NCBI GenBank assembly: GCA_963796455.1
Contig: CAWCLO010000004.1
Coordinates: 1,216,001-1,280,000, forward strand
Source: Candidatus Sulfomarinibacteraceae bacterium
Lineage (GTDB): Bacteria > Acidobacteriota > Thermoanaerobaculia > Thermoanaerobaculales > Sulfomarinibacteraceae
DNA length: 64,000 bases
Reading direction: 5' to 3'
This document shows positions 39,666-51,557 of the stretch, one piece after another. The notes beneath the pieces were generated by a model. The model worked only from the letters and a program-made list of their open reading frames with translations. It made no database searches and had not been told where the DNA came from. A program made the translations under genes and the position numbers. Each line of letters starts with the position of its first letter. Position 1 is the first letter of the stretch.

Positions 39666-41223
39666 TGTTCGGTGACAGCTCTCGGATGAGGCAACGGGCG
39701 GTGGGCTTCGCCTTGGCAACAGTTGTTGCGCTCTGTCTTTCTTGCGCCGCCCCGGAGGAACCGGGCAGACCCAACATCCTATTCATCGCCGTAGACGATC
39801 TCCGCCCCGAATTCGGCTGCTATGGCGCCGAGTCCATGGTGAGCCCGAATATCGACCGGCTCGCCGCCGAGCGTCTGATCTTCACCGGGCCTATTGCCAA
39901 CAGCCGTCTGCAACCCATCCCGCGCCAGCCTGATGACCGGCTTACGACCCGACACCCTCCGAGTCTGGGACTTAAAACCGATATCCGCGAACCCAACCCC
40001 GAGCGTTGTCACCCTCCCAGCATTTCAAACACCACGGCTACTACCCGTGGGCATCGGCAAGATCTACCACAACAACAACCCCGATCATGCCACGTGGAGC
40101 GAAGAGAAGCTGTACATCGACGGCTATCCCTTCGACCCCGACGCGGTGTACCGGGGTGAAGAGGGCATCCGCGGTCAGGAAGAAAAAGGCGCGACTGATC
40201 GAAGCCGGCAAAGAGGCGCATCGATCGATTCGGCAAATGGTACTTGAAATCCGAGGCCACCGAAAACGTCGACATGCCCGACAACGGCGTACTATGACGG
40301 TGCGCAGACCGACGTGGCGATCGAGAAGCTCGCCGAACTCCAGCCGAAGGCAAGCCGTTCTTCTTCGCCGTTGGTTATTATCGGCCCCATCTGCCATTCA
40401 ACGCCCCACAAAAATACTGGGATCTTTACGACCGCGAGCGAGATCCCGTTGGCAGCGAATCCCGATCTTCCCGACGGTCTGCCTTCAATGGCGATCAACA
40501 ATCTGCGTGAGATTCGCGGATACACCGGTTTTCGGGACCTCGAACACCCCACGGTCGGCAGCCTCGACGAGGAACGCTCCCGCCTGCTTCGACACGGCTA
40601 TTTCGCCTCGGTGAGCTATGTGGATGCCCAGGTCGGGCAGGCTCCTGAACGCCCTCGAAGAGCTCGGTCTGGATGAGAACACCATCGTCATACTTTGGGG
40701 CGATCACGGGTGGAAGCTCGGCGAGCACAACAGTTGGTGCAAGATGACGAATTTGGAGATCGACGCCCGGGTACCGCTCATTCTCCGTGTGCCCGACATG
40801 ACAAACGTTGGTGCGATCACCAAAGGTTTGGTGGAGTTTGTCGATGTCTACCCCACTCTCTGCGATCTCACCGGCGTTCCGGTCCCGCCGGACATTGAGG
40901 GAACGAGCTTCAAACCGCTTATCGACGATCCCACCCGAGCCTGGAAAAAAGCAGCATTCACGCAGTTTCTTCGTGAGGGAGTCTGGATCGATCCGGACGG
41001 CGTGGAATACATGGGCTACTCGGTCCGCACTGATCGATTCCGTTACACCGAGTGGCTGGACTGGGAAACTGGAGAACTGAAGGCTACCGAACTCTATGAT
41101 CACGAGACCGATCCATCGGAGACCGCGAATGTCGCCGGCGATACAGACTACGCCGGTTCGTTGCAGCAGATGGCTGAGATTCTCGACGCGGGTTGGACCG
41201 CAGCCGCTCCCGAAGTCCGGTAG
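39666..41223 (+). pseudogene. Sulfatase (iduronate-2-sulfatase-like) broken by multiple frameshifts, probably sequencing indels
   Basis: [42 protein letters not shown] motifs spread over different frames between ~39885 and ~40640. Confidence 0.8.
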
Positions 41224-41276
41224 GCAGAAGCGGACACCCCTCCGAAGGCCCAGTCCGGCAGACGTCAGCTCGGTGC

Positions 41277-41762
41277 CTATTCGGACTGTGTTTCCAACTC
41301 CTTGATCTCTTCCGCAAAATCGCGAGCCAGATCGTTCGGGATCGGAATCGTCAGGTTGTATTGCGTGAAACGCCAGCCCCGGTCAGATAGGACCAATACG
41401 CCGGTGCCGCGACAGGTTCCATAGTTCTCGTTCGAGAGCATCTCGTCGAACCAGGCGGTTTTGCCGTCCGCTGAAAAAAAGATGTTGCGCTCGGTCTTGG
41501 TGTAGGTCCAACCGCGCCCCTTGGAAAAATAGGGCTCGGCAAAGGCCTTGAAGTCATCCACCGACCAGCGCTCGGTTGCATCCGTACCCATGAACACGGC
41601 GTCGTCGGTGAAGAGACTGAAATAGAGCTCCCCGTTCGCCTCTGACGCGGCCGTGTGAAGGGCCGTCAGAACCGCGTCAACATCCTTTTCGGGATTCTCC
41701 GCCGCCACCGTCGCAGCCATTGCCAGTAAAGCGACCACCGCGAACACAGTCTGTTTCTTCAT
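41277..41762 (-). CDS. Secreted NTF2/SnoaL-like protein
   Basis: Signal peptide; FMGTDATERW, AWFDE, RGTGVL, QYNL. Confidence 0.85.
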   Translation of the reverse strand: MKKQTVFAVVALLAMAATVAAENPEKDVDAVLTALHTAASEANGELYFSLFTDDAVFMGTDATERWSVDDFKAFAEPYFSKGRGWTYTKTERNIFFSADGKTAWFDEMLSNENYGTCRGTGVLVLSDRGWRFTQYNLTIPIPNDLARDFAEEIKELETQSE

Positions 41763-41772
41763 TCCATCCTCC

Positions 41773-42972
41773 CTACAAAAATTCCAGGATTCGCCCGATG
41801 GCGGACACCAGACCGCGCAGACCCAGGGCCACGCTGACCAGCACGACTGCTCCCATCGCCACGTTCTGCCACTTCGAGTTCACGCCGCTTGCGCCGAGGA
41901 ACGAGCGATCGTTCATGGCCATCCACAGAAAAACCGCCACCAGGGGCAGCAGAAGGCCGTTGAAGGCCTGGGCCAGAATGATCACCGGCACCGGCCGCAC
42001 ACCGGCTATTCCAAAAAACATCCCGGCGAGCAGGACGCCCAGCCACACCAGACGGAATCGGGTGCTTCGAGTCGACCACCCCTCCTCACCCGCGCCACCG
42101 AGCAGAGATCGCGAAGCGAGCGCGGCGGCCAGCGGCGCGGTGATCGCCGAGGTGAACCCTGCGGCGAAGAGACCGATCGCCAACGACACCCCGGCCCACG
42201 ACCCGAGCCGCTGATCGAGCAGCGCCGCCAGGCGGTCGTATTCGAGCCCGCCACCAAGAGCGCTGCCGACGACCATGACCCCGAGTGAGATCACTCCACC
42301 ACCGATCACCGCCACTGCGAGTCCCGAGCGCATTTCGGAAAGACCGCTGTCCCGGGCCAGGGCCGAACCGAGAAAGAGGTTGTAGGGAACCACCGTCGTC
42401 CCGACCAGACCGAGGACGAGAACGGTTGCGCCGGTTGGAATTCTGGGAATCGTCAGACCCGCCGCCAGTTCTGCAAGATCGGGCCCCAGGCGAAAGGCGG
42501 TGATCAGAAACAGAAGGCCCATGAGGGCCACCAGAGCTCCAAGCCCACGGGCGATCCAGCGGGTGTTGCCGGTGGCGAGCAGCGCGGCGGCACCGATCCC
42601 GCAGGCGAGCGTCAGCAGCGCCGGCGGCAGATCCCAGATCAGCCGCAGACCGGCGACTCCACCGAGCAGATTACCCGCCTCATAGGCCGCACACCCGAGG
42701 ATGATTCCTGCCGCCACGATCGTGGGCACCCAACGCCATCGTGATTTCGAGAACCTGAAACGGATGGCCTCACCGAGTTCTTTGCCGGTGAGCACGGTGA
42801 TTCTTCCCGAGGCTTCCTGCAGCACCAGACAAGCGATGACCGAAAAAAGCAGCGACCACGCCAGCGCAAAAACGAAGTCGCTTCCAGCCCGCGCGGCCGT
42901 CGTGATCGTCCCCGGCCCGATAAATGCCGCGGCGATCACCGACCAGAAAAGGACGTTGAGAAGGCGCTTCAT
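41773..42972 (-). CDS. NRAMP-family transporter (YcsG-like subgroup)
   Basis: AAFIGPG, GTTVVPYNLF, AQAFNG; ~11 TM segments; lacks the DPGN metal motif. Confidence 0.85.
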   Translation of the reverse strand: MKRLLNVLFWSVIAAAFIGPGTITTAARAGSDFVFALAWSLLFSVIACLVLQEASGRITVLTGKELGEAIRFRFSKSRWRWVPTIVAAGIILGCAAYEAGNLLGGVAGLRLIWDLPPALLTLACGIGAAALLATGNTRWIARGLGALVALMGLLFLITAFRLGPDLAELAAGLTIPRIPTGATVLVLGLVGTTVVPYNLFLGSALARDSGLSEMRSGLAVAVIGGGVISLGVMVVGSALGGGLEYDRLAALLDQRLGSWAGVSLAIGLFAAGFTSAITAPLAAALASRSLLGGAGEEGWSTRSTRFRLVWLGVLLAGMFFGIAGVRPVPVIILAQAFNGLLLPLVAVFLWMAMNDRSFLGASGVNSKWQNVAMGAVVLVSVALGLRGLVSAIGRILEFL

Positions 42973-43011
42973 TCAGGAAACCCCTTTCCCGCGTCCGAGT
43001 CCGGAGAACCC

Positions 43012-43441
<430 letters not shown>

Positions 43442-43470
43442 TGGGACGGAAACGAGGCGATCGGCGTGGC

Positions 43471-46400
43471 TCATTCAGGAATTCCCCATCCCCCGCCACC
43501 GGGGGTCTCCAGCACGAGCCGGTCGCCCTCCCTGACGGTGCATCCGTCGATTCCGCGGAGGTCGCGGCGGGTGCCATCGGCAGAAATGATGACCTGACGC
43601 CCCACTTTGCCGTCACTGCCACCGGCCATACCGAAGGGCTCGCTCACCCGGTGCTGGGAGAGAATCGAAAACTCGAGATCGTCGAGGAATTCAATTTCTC
43701 GGACCAATCCCTCACCGCCGCACCACCGCCCGTCCCCACCCGAGCCCTTTCTCAGAGCGAAGCGGTGAAGGCGGACCGGGTAGCGGTGCTCGATCACCTC
43801 GGGGTCGGTGATCCTGGTGTTGGTCATGTGGCTGTGAACACCGCTCTCGCCGTCGAAACCCTGCACGGCTCCGCTCCCGCCACCGATGGTCTCGTAGTAG
43901 CCGAAGTCCTGGTTGCCGAAGGTGATGTTGTTCATCGTGCCCTGGCTGCAGGCGGCCAGTTGCAATGCCTCGATCAGGGTATCGACCAATCGCTGGCTGG
44001 TTTCCACGTTGCCTCCGACCACTGCGGGGCAGAGTTCCGGATCATCGACATAGGGTGGATTGAGCATTCCCTCGGGAATCCTGATTTCGACCGGTTCGAG
44101 CAGACCCTCGTTGAGCGGCAACTCCTCCTCCACCAGCAAACGCATCACATACATCGTGACGCTGTGGACGATGGCGGGGGTGGCATTGAGGTTTCCTGGA
44201 TGAACCGACGCGCTGCCGGAAAAATCGAGGACGGCCGAATCTCCGTCGATCGTGAACGCCGCACACAACGGCGCCCCGTCATCGAGCAGTTGCCGGCCCC
44301 GATGCACTCCATTCGACAAACGCCCGAGGGCCAGCCGGACCTGTTGGGCCGCCTGGAGGCGAAGCTCGTCCATGTGGTGCACGACGTGGTCGAACCCGAC
44401 TCGTGCCGCGAGCCGCTTGAGGGCTTCCCGGCCGCGAAAGATCGCCGCAAGCATCGCCCGAAGATCAGCCAGATTGTCATCGAGGGTACGCGTCGGATAG
44501 GGGCCCCCGCTCAGCATTTTTTCGAGGCGGCGCCACCTGGGTTTGTCGCCCTCCATGAGAAGAGTCGGCGGCAGCACCACTCCCTCTTCGACCAGCGAGT
44601 GGGCATCCGGTGGGACCGATCCGGGCCGGATGCCTCCGATCTCGGCATGGTGCGCCCGACAGGCCACATAGCCCAACAACCGCTCACCTTCATGAACCGG
44701 CGCGACCAGCGTCACATCCGGGAGATGGGAGCCGCCAAAGGCCGGGTGATTGGTCACGACCACATCGCCGGGCTTCATCGGCCGGTGCGCAACAAGCTGA
44801 CGGACACAGAGACCCATCGCACCGAGATGGACCGGGATGTGCGGTGCGTTGACCACCAGACGGCCCTCAGGATCGAGCAACGTACAGGAAAAGTCCTCGC
44901 GTTCTTTGATATTGGTCGAAATCGCCGTGCGTTTGAGCAACTCGCCCATCTCGGTCGCGATCGATGAAAAACGGTGGCTCATGAGTTCGAGTTCGACCGC
45001 CTCGGGCCGGCTCGTCCGGTCCGCAATCTCGCCGGCCGACGAGACCTCGGAATCGCGGGAGACACTCACACCGCCATCACCGAGGCTTTCGGCCCGCCAC
45101 CCGCCGGGAAGGACCAGCGCGCTGTGCTCCTGTTGAATCAAGGCCGGACCTTCAACCACCGACCCTGTGGCGAAATCCGCCACCTCATGACATCCGACTT
45201 CACGCCAGGAACCATCGAGAAAACAACTCTGGGTCCTTGTCACAGGTGCGGCGGCCCAATCAAAGGAACCTTCCGTCGAAACGGGCACCTCTTCTTCGCG
45301 GAGACTTCGAATCACGACCCGGAGTGAAACGACCTCGATTCCCCGGCCGGCCGGGCGATAGGAAAAAAGCTTGTAGTAGGCGTCTTCGAACTGGCGGCCG
45401 AGATCACCTTCCGGTTCAGGCTCGATTTCCAGTGACGCGTCCTGACCGGCGTAACGCAGTTCGAGGATTCTCCGCGGTGCGTCGATCGATGCGTCATCAA
45501 CCCCCTCCCGAACGAGCGCGACGGTCGCCTCGGTCTGGAGCTCTGCAAACCAGGCGTCGAGGGTGTCCGCCACATCTTCAAGAGGCCTGAGCACCTCGCG
45601 TTGGGAAAACCGTTCGATCACTGCGTGCCCGAGACCCAGGGCACTCAAAAGCCCGGCATCGCCCGGCAGGAGAACCCTTTCGATTCCCAGGATCTCCGCC
45701 ACCCGGCAGGCGTGTTGCCCGCCGGCGCCGCCGAAGGCCACCAGTGCATACCCCGCGGGGTCGACCCCCTTGCGAACCGAGATGTGGCGGATCGCCTCGG
45801 CCATCCGTTCATCGGCGATTCTGAGCAGACCTTCGAGAATCTCCTCGTCGCTCTCCGATCCGCCGAGATCCTTCTTGAGGTCCGCAAAGGCGGCGCGCGC
45901 TGCTTCGAGATCGACCGGGATCGGAAACCTCTCCGGCACCAGACGTCCGAGAAGCAGGTTCACATCGGTCAACGACAGCGGACCGCCGGCGCCATACGAG
46001 GCCGGCCCGGGATCAGCCCCCGCACTCTCCGGACCGACCGCGAGCCGCCCCCGCTCGACCCGGCAGATCGAACCTCCGCCCGCCGCAACGGTCTCGATGG
46101 CGAGGGCGGGCACGGCCAGAGAAACCGGCCCAACCTGATGTGAAAACACGTACTCGAAGTCACCGTCATACTTCGAGACATCGGTGCTGGTTCCCCCCAT
46201 ATCGAAAGCAATGATCTTGGCGGCGTGGTTTCGGCGCCCGGTCAAGGCGGCGCCGACAACCCCTCCGGCCGGTCCGCTCAAGAGGCTATCCATCGAGTGA
46301 TAGTTGGCAGCACTGACCAACCCGCCCGCACTGGTCATCACGTGCAGAGACGACTCATCGTGCGACAACCCGATGGTGACTGCATCCAGATAGTTTGTAA

Positions 46401-47259
46401 TCACCGGGCCCAGATAGGCATCGGTCGCGCAGGTCTCCGACCGGCGCAACAGCCCTTGAAACGGGCTCAGCGTGCTCGACCGGGCGACATATTCAAAACC
46501 CGCGTCGACCAGGATCTCCTCGAGCATCTCCTCGTGTTTCGGGTTGCGATGACCGTGGAGCAAGGTGATGCTCGCACAGAGAAAACCATCTCCTGACAAT
46601 TCGGCCACGTCCCGACGAACCTTCTCCGGATCCATCTCGCGCAGGACCTCTCCCGCAGCCGACATTCGTTCTTCAACCCCGACAACCCGCTCCGGGAGTG
46701 GATCGGGTCGGACGATGTGGAGGGCAAAAAGATCAGGACGGTGTTGATCACCGATGTGAAGAAGATCCTCGAAACCCGCGGTGATGAAGTGGGCCATCCT
46801 TGCTCCACCGCGTTCGAGCAACGCGTTGGTCCCCCGGGTCGTGGCGAGCCGCAAGGCAACCGGTGGCAGCTCCCGATCGAGGGGCGTCGAGGTGATCAGT
46901 CGGGCGGCGAGCAGCGGCGCCTCTTCACCCGATCGGAGCTCCACAGAATCTCCGATCCGAAATGCCGATTCATCGATGCTGCGTAAAACAACCGCCCCAC
47001 GGTTTCGATCATGGGAAACGATCTCGAACCCTTCACCATCCCCGAGCACCGCGATGCGAAAACCGTTCAAAAAATTTTCAGGAAGGTCCGACGCACCTTC
47101 GAGGGCGAGCGTCCCGTCATTTTCGATCTTTGTGATGCGGTCACGAAGCGACCCACTCGAAAGGACTTTGCAGCGCCGCATCCGCCCTTCCGGATCGCGG
47201 GCGATGCAATCAGTAAAAGTCCCGCCGGTATCGATCCAGATTTGCCAGGGCGTCACCAA
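43471..47259 (-). CDS. Fused hydantoinase A/B = ATP-dependent 5-oxoprolinase (eukaryote-type)
   Basis: [66 protein letters not shown]. Confidence 0.92.
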   Translation of the reverse strand: MVTPWQIWIDTGGTFTDCIARDPEGRMRRCKVLSSGSLRDRITKIENDGTLALEGASDLPENFLNGFRIAVLGDGEGFEIVSHDRNRGAVVLRSIDESAFRIGDSVELRSGEEAPLLAARLITSTPLDRELPPVALRLATTRGTNALLERGGARMAHFITAGFEDLLHIGDQHRPDLFALHIVRPDPLPERVVGVEERMSAAGEVLREMDPEKVRRDVAELSGDGFLCASITLLHGHRNPKHEEMLEEILVDAGFEYVARSSTLSPFQGLLRRSETCATDAYLGPVITNYLDAVTIGLSHDESSLHVMTSAGGLVSAANYHSMDSLLSGPAGGVVGAALTGRRNHAAKIIAFDMGGTSTDVSKYDGDFEYVFSHQVGPVSLAVPALAIETVAAGGGSICRVERGRLAVGPESAGADPGPASYGAGGPLSLTDVNLLLGRLVPERFPIPVDLEAARAAFADLKKDLGGSESDEEILEGLLRIADERMAEAIRHISVRKGVDPAGYALVAFGGAGGQHACRVAEILGIERVLLPGDAGLLSALGLGHAVIERFSQREVLRPLEDVADTLDAWFAELQTEATVALVREGVDDASIDAPRRILELRYAGQDASLEIEPEPEGDLGRQFEDAYYKLFSYRPAGRGIEVVSLRVVIRSLREEEVPVSTEGSFDWAAAPVTRTQSCFLDGSWREVGCHEVADFATGSVVEGPALIQQEHSALVLPGGWRAESLGDGGVSVSRDSEVSSAGEIADRTSRPEAVELELMSHRFSSIATEMGELLKRTAISTNIKEREDFSCTLLDPEGRLVVNAPHIPVHLGAMGLCVRQLVAHRPMKPGDVVVTNHPAFGGSHLPDVTLVAPVHEGERLLGYVACRAHHAEIGGIRPGSVPPDAHSLVEEGVVLPPTLLMEGDKPRWRRLEKMLSGGPYPTRTLDDNLADLRAMLAAIFRGREALKRLAARVGFDHVVHHMDELRLQAAQQVRLALGRLSNGVHRGRQLLDDGAPLCAAFTIDGDSAVLDFSGSASVHPGNLNATPAIVHSVTMYVMRLLVEEELPLNEGLLEPVEIRIPEGMLNPPYVDDPELCPAVVGGNVETSQRLVDTLIEALQLAACSQGTMNNITFGNQDFGYYETIGGGSGAVQGFDGESGVHSHMTNTRITDPEVIEHRYPVRLHRFALRKGSGGDGRWCGGEGLVREIEFLDDLEFSILSQHRVSEPFGMAGGSDGKVGRQVIISADGTRRDLRGIDGCTVREGDRLVLETPGGGGWGIPE

Positions 47260-47300
47260 CTTTCCCTCGCGGGATGGTCCATAGTTGGCCGAATCGCACG

Positions 47301-47374
47301 TTGTGGTGCGGCCGTCCCGGCCTCACGTCTCGAGGTTGCCCCGACAAAGTGCGGGCGAGACGCCCGCACCACAA
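47301..47374. repeat. REP-like inverted doublet
   Basis: TTGTGGTGCGG...CCGCACCACAA terminal IR, each half with an internal hairpin; related to 16315-16365. Confidence 0.75.
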
Positions 47375-47432
47375 AAGCCATCTCAAACTCGTGTGGGGCC
47401 GGTGTTTCGCGAGGAGGCCGGGTGAGCGTCAT

Positions 47433-47455
47433 CCCTAATTCCTAATTCCTAATTC
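47433..47455. repeat. (CCTAATT)3 array abutting DUF2891 stop
   Basis: Read directly. Confidence 0.8.
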
Positions 47456-47457
47456 TT

Positions 47458-48558
47458 TTACCGGCCCTTGTCCGTCACCAGATAGGTCGCAAAGCTGCCG
47501 AGCCAGTGGCCGCCTTCATAGTGTTCGCCGGTCACCGATGCGAGGCCCGATGCGCTGTGGTTGGCCGCGGCTGCCTTCAAAGCTGCGCGTCGCGGATCGT
47601 CATCGGGCAGACCCGAGGAAATGCCGTCGAGCATCCACGCGCGGCTCAGATTGAGGCCATCGAGGTGCGCGAGTTTTCCGTCCGTGCGATCGGTGACCAC
47701 CCCGATGGGGAGCCAGTCGGCGCCGCCATCGGTCGGGATACCGGGCATGAAACCGTCGAGCCATTTGGCAAACTGGTGGGGCGGGAAAACTCGTCGCATC
47801 AGATCGGCTTCGGCGAGACACGGAGACAAAAAGTCCTGCCCTGAGGGTTCGTAGCTCATCGGACACGACAGGTCTTCGAGATAGAACTCGAGACTTTTGC
47901 CCTTGATGAGGACCTCCATGTCCTCATTCCCGACGGCCTCGGCCCAATCGAGGATGAGGCCGAAGGCAAAAGCGGTCTGGCTGTGTTCCCCCGTCCGAAT
48001 TGGGTAGTGGAGCTTGGGCAACCAGTCGGAGATACGTTGGGCGGCCTCGGCCTCCAGTGGAGCGATGTTCTTCGCCCAGCCTCGTGCGGCATCGTCATCC
48101 CATACCCGCAACTCCTCCGCCAAACACAGCAACCAGGCAAGGCCATAGGGTCGTTCGTAAGAAGCTCGCCCTTCACCGGCGAGGTACGCCGCCTCCCCCG
48201 CCATTTTTTCGCCGCTCAGGCTTCTGGCCAGAGCCGTTCTTGCAGCGGCCGAAAACTCGGCATCCGGGTAGAGCCTCGCGAGCCTGGCCAGAAGCCAGTG
48301 CCCGTGCACCGAACTGTGCCAATCGAAACATCCGTAGAAGGCCGGAGTCAGATCACGCGGCGGACCCACATCGTCATCGGACTGCATGACGTGACCGATC
48401 TTATTGGGATATTCCTGGTGGACGCACTCGAGAGCAAGCGCAGCGAAACGACCGGCGGTCTCGTTGTCCACTGTCGCTTCTTCGGCGACACCAGGCGACG
48501 AGGACAATACCAAAACGGCCAGCACAGACCGGCAGATGACGCGGATCATATCGGGCAC
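47458..48558 (-). CDS. DUF2891 family protein
   Basis: EYPNK, PAFYGCFDWHSSVHGHW, YERPYG, HLDGLNLSRAW, HWLGSFA. Confidence 0.85.
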   Translation of the reverse strand: MPDMIRVICRSVLAVLVLSSSPGVAEEATVDNETAGRFAALALECVHQEYPNKIGHVMQSDDDVGPPRDLTPAFYGCFDWHSSVHGHWLLARLARLYPDAEFSAAARTALARSLSGEKMAGEAAYLAGEGRASYERPYGLAWLLCLAEELRVWDDDAARGWAKNIAPLEAEAAQRISDWLPKLHYPIRTGEHSQTAFAFGLILDWAEAVGNEDMEVLIKGKSLEFYLEDLSCPMSYEPSGQDFLSPCLAEADLMRRVFPPHQFAKWLDGFMPGIPTDGGADWLPIGVVTDRTDGKLAHLDGLNLSRAWMLDGISSGLPDDDPRRAALKAAAANHSASGLASVTGEHYEGGHWLGSFATYLVTDKGR

Positions 48559-49611
48559 CTATGCCCGGCGGCTGCGGAAGAAGAGCGCCTGTTTGTGGAT
48601 CGGTTCGGCACGTTCCTCGAGCTCGGCGAGCTGCATTTCGTTGAGCGGGTTGAAGGTACGCGCGATCTCGATGTCCTCCTCCAGCTGCGGAATGTTGTCG
48701 ACGCCGACAATCACGGTGCTCACGGGCAACGACAAAACATAGCGCATGGCCTCACGCATGTTGAGCTTGCCCGGTACGGTGCCGGCATAACGAGATTCCG
48801 GGTCCTCCGGGGCCTTCCAAGACGAAAGGAGGAGACCGCGAGCCGGGATCTTCATCCCGATGATCCCCATCTCCTTTTCGACCGCAAGCGGAAGCAACTC
48901 GTTCTTGAAGCTCAAATAGTGCGGATCCGCCGCGTTCAATGCCAGCAGCACGGTATCGAAATCGAAGCGTTTGATGGCTTCGATGAGTACATCCGGGTCG
49001 GCGTGACCCGAAATGCCGATGTGACGGACGATCCCCTGCTCCCGAGCCTCGACCAGTGCTTCGATGGCGCCACCGGGTGCAAAGACCTCGTCGATCTGCG
49101 ACATACGCGACAGATTGTGCATCTGCCAGAGATCGATGTGGTCCGTCTTCAAGAGCTTGAGTGAGCGCTCGAGCAGTTTGAAGGATCCGTCCCGGGTCCG
49201 GTCGTGGGTCTTTGTGGCAAGGTAGACCTCGCCTCGCCTCTTCGGCATGACCTCGCCGAAATATTGTTCGGACCAGCGATGCTCGACTCCACCGTAGCGC
49301 GCCGAGGTATCGGCATAGTTGACGCCGAGGTCGAGGGCCTTTTCGATCAGCGGCACCGCGACATCGAAATTGTCGGGCTGTTCGATGGCCGCCTGCCCAC
49401 CGAGGCTGAAGATCCCGACCTGGAAACCCGTCTTGCCGAGGTTGCGGGTCGGCATGGCGTCGGGTGTGACCGGGTTGTTCGGTAAGGCCGGGATTTTTCC
49501 GGTCGTCTCACCCATCACACCCTTGGCCACGAAGCCTGCCGCTGCGGCCGTTCCGAGTTTGATCACATCTCGTCTTTGGATCTTTGCGCCTTTGTTCTCA
49601 GAATCTGCCAT
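48559..49611 (-). CDS. Aldo/keto reductase with Tat-like N-terminus
   Basis: RRDVIK signal; DTSARYG, LATK, IDLWQMH, IGISGH. Confidence 0.9.
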   Translation of the reverse strand: MADSENKGAKIQRRDVIKLGTAAAAGFVAKGVMGETTGKIPALPNNPVTPDAMPTRNLGKTGFQVGIFSLGGQAAIEQPDNFDVAVPLIEKALDLGVNYADTSARYGGVEHRWSEQYFGEVMPKRRGEVYLATKTHDRTRDGSFKLLERSLKLLKTDHIDLWQMHNLSRMSQIDEVFAPGGAIEALVEAREQGIVRHIGISGHADPDVLIEAIKRFDFDTVLLALNAADPHYLSFKNELLPLAVEKEMGIIGMKIPARGLLLSSWKAPEDPESRYAGTVPGKLNMREAMRYVLSLPVSTVIVGVDNIPQLEEDIEIARTFNPLNEMQLAELEERAEPIHKQALFFRSRRA

Positions 49612-49667
49612 GGCTCTTCCCCCGCGCCAATAGTACATCGACCGTCGCAAGATCGGAGACCGATCTT

Positions 49668-50225
49668 TCACCTGACCTTGCGTACGTTCTCCATGGTGCC
49701 ATCGGCGCCGTCGTAGTCCTCGACTTCGACGTGACCGTCTGCATCGATCGTCAGCGCGGCCGCCACGTGGAGTGTGCCGCTCCCCCGACCAAATCCATCG
49801 ACCACGAACTCGGCGATGCCAAATGGGTACCCGAGGGAATCCTCACCAAAGGTGGTTTCTTCAACCTGGATCCGACGTGGTGTGAGAAAGAGATACCGGT
49901 ATCCCCGTCCCTCCTCCTCGACGACAACCAGCGCCACCGGCATCTGCAGGGCGCCGAGCATCAGCCGACCGTCGTTGCGACCCGTCAGGGCCGACAAAAG
50001 CGCCCCTTGCCCACCCTCTTCGAGCACGGCGGCAAGGTGCTGCGCCTGTTCGACGGAGGTGAACCGGTTGGCGACCAGGGTGATCGACATTCGACGGGTA
50101 TCGGTGGTCGAACGAATCACGCCATCGGCCGAAAACTCGCGTCCGGGTTCTTCAGCCCACAGAGGCTGCATCGACGCGGCGATCATCATCATTCCTGAAA
50201 ACACGGTCAAACGGTGGTTCTTCAT
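49668..50225 (-). CDS. Hypothetical secreted protein
   Basis: Signal-peptide-like N-terminus, GAGG SD, no recognised domain. Confidence 0.65.
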   Translation of the reverse strand: MKNHRLTVFSGMMMIAASMQPLWAEEPGREFSADGVIRSTTDTRRMSITLVANRFTSVEQAQHLAAVLEEGGQGALLSALTGRNDGRLMLGALQMPVALVVVEEEGRGYRYLFLTPRRIQVEETTFGEDSLGYPFGIAEFVVDGFGRGSGTLHVAAALTIDADGHVEVEDYDGADGTMENVRKVR

Positions 50226-50488
50226 TCATCCCTCACAGAGGATTTTTGCGGCTCACAGGATACCCGCGACCGTCGAGGAGTTGAAGTGATCATTGGCCCC
50301 TCCTCCCCTCTGCCGCTCTGCCCGTCTGCCCGTCTGTTCCTCCGCTCCGCCGCCCAAATCGGCTTCAGCCGAAACTCTGAAGGCACTCCTTTACACTTCA
50401 CTCCCGACCTGTGTAAACTGATTTTCGACGCAGTGCGTCAATACATAAGATAACGGATCTCATTACAGTTTCACGACTTGGAGGCCCC

Positions 50489-51547
50489 ATGAGCGTAGGA
50501 ATTGTCGGTTACGGCGCCTTTTTACCGCGCCGTCGAATCAAACTCGAGGAGATCGCCAAGGTGTGGGGCGCGGACGCCCCCTCCTACCGCCGCGGGCTCC
50601 AACTCAACGAGAAATCGGTGCCGGGCGCGGACGAGGACACCGTCACGATGTCGGTCGAGGCGACGCGCAATGCATTTGCCCGTTCTGGCGGGGTCGACCC
50701 GAAGGAGATCGGCGCCCTCTACATCGGCTCCGAATCGCACCCCTATGCGGTGAAGCCCTCGGGCACCATCGTCGCGGAGGCGGTCGGAGCCACCCCGGAC
50801 ATCCACATCGCCGACTTCGAGTTTGCCTGCAAGGCGGGAACCGAAAGCATGTTCGTGGCTCAATCGCTGGTCAAGTCCGGCGAGGTCAAGTACGCGGTCG
50901 GCATCGGGGCCGACACCTCCCAGGGTGCCCCCGGCGACGCCCTCGAGTACTCGGCGGCAGCCGGCGCCGCGGCATTCATCTTCGGCGACGACGATGACCG
51001 CAATCTGGCCGAGGTCCTGGCCACCTATTCGTGGACCACCGACACCCCGGACTTCTGGCGCCGTGAGTACATGCACTATCCCCGCCACGGAAGCCGTTTC
51101 ACCGGCGAACCGGCCTATTTCCGCACCACCATGAATTCGGCAAACGGCATCATGGAGAAAGCGGGCCTCGAGCCCGGCGACTTCGCCCACGCCATCTTCC
51201 ACCAGCCCAACGGCAAGTTTCCGATGCGGGTCGGCAAAAAACTCGGTTTCACCCAGGAACAGCTCGAAACCGGCTGGCTTTCGCCCTGGCTCGGCAACAC
51301 CTACTCCGGCGCCTCGCCCATCGGTCTGACCGCGGTGCTCGACATCGCCAAACCGGGCGACCTGGTGCTGATCACTTCCTTTGGTTCGGGTGCCGGATCC
51401 GACTCCTTCGTTTTCCGCGTCACCGACCGCATCGAGCAGGTCCGCGATCTTGCCGCAAAGACCCGGCCCCAGCTCGATGAAAACCAGATCTACGTGGACT
51501 ACGGCACCTACGCCAAGCTCCGCGGCAAGATCCGCATGGGCGAGTGA
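50489..51547 (+). CDS. Hydroxymethylglutaryl-CoA synthase, archaeal type
   Basis: [18 protein letters not shown] (Cys), FHQPNGKFP (His), GNTYSG. Confidence 0.9.
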   Translation: MSVGIVGYGAFLPRRRIKLEEIAKVWGADAPSYRRGLQLNEKSVPGADEDTVTMSVEATRNAFARSGGVDPKEIGALYIGSESHPYAVKPSGTIVAEAVGATPDIHIADFEFACKAGTESMFVAQSLVKSGEVKYAVGIGADTSQGAPGDALEYSAAAGAAAFIFGDDDDRNLAEVLATYSWTTDTPDFWRREYMHYPRHGSRFTGEPAYFRTTMNSANGIMEKAGLEPGDFAHAIFHQPNGKFPMRVGKKLGFTQEQLETGWLSPWLGNTYSGASPIGLTAVLDIAKPGDLVLITSFGSGAGSDSFVFRVTDRIEQVRDLAAKTRPQLDENQIYVDYGTYAKLRGKIRMGE

Positions 51548-51557
51548 GGGGGTGGTG

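Noticed and set aside
39885..40640. Programmed frameshifting or phase variation in the sulfatase
   Set aside because: Too many independent indels in short runs; the pattern fits sequencing error.
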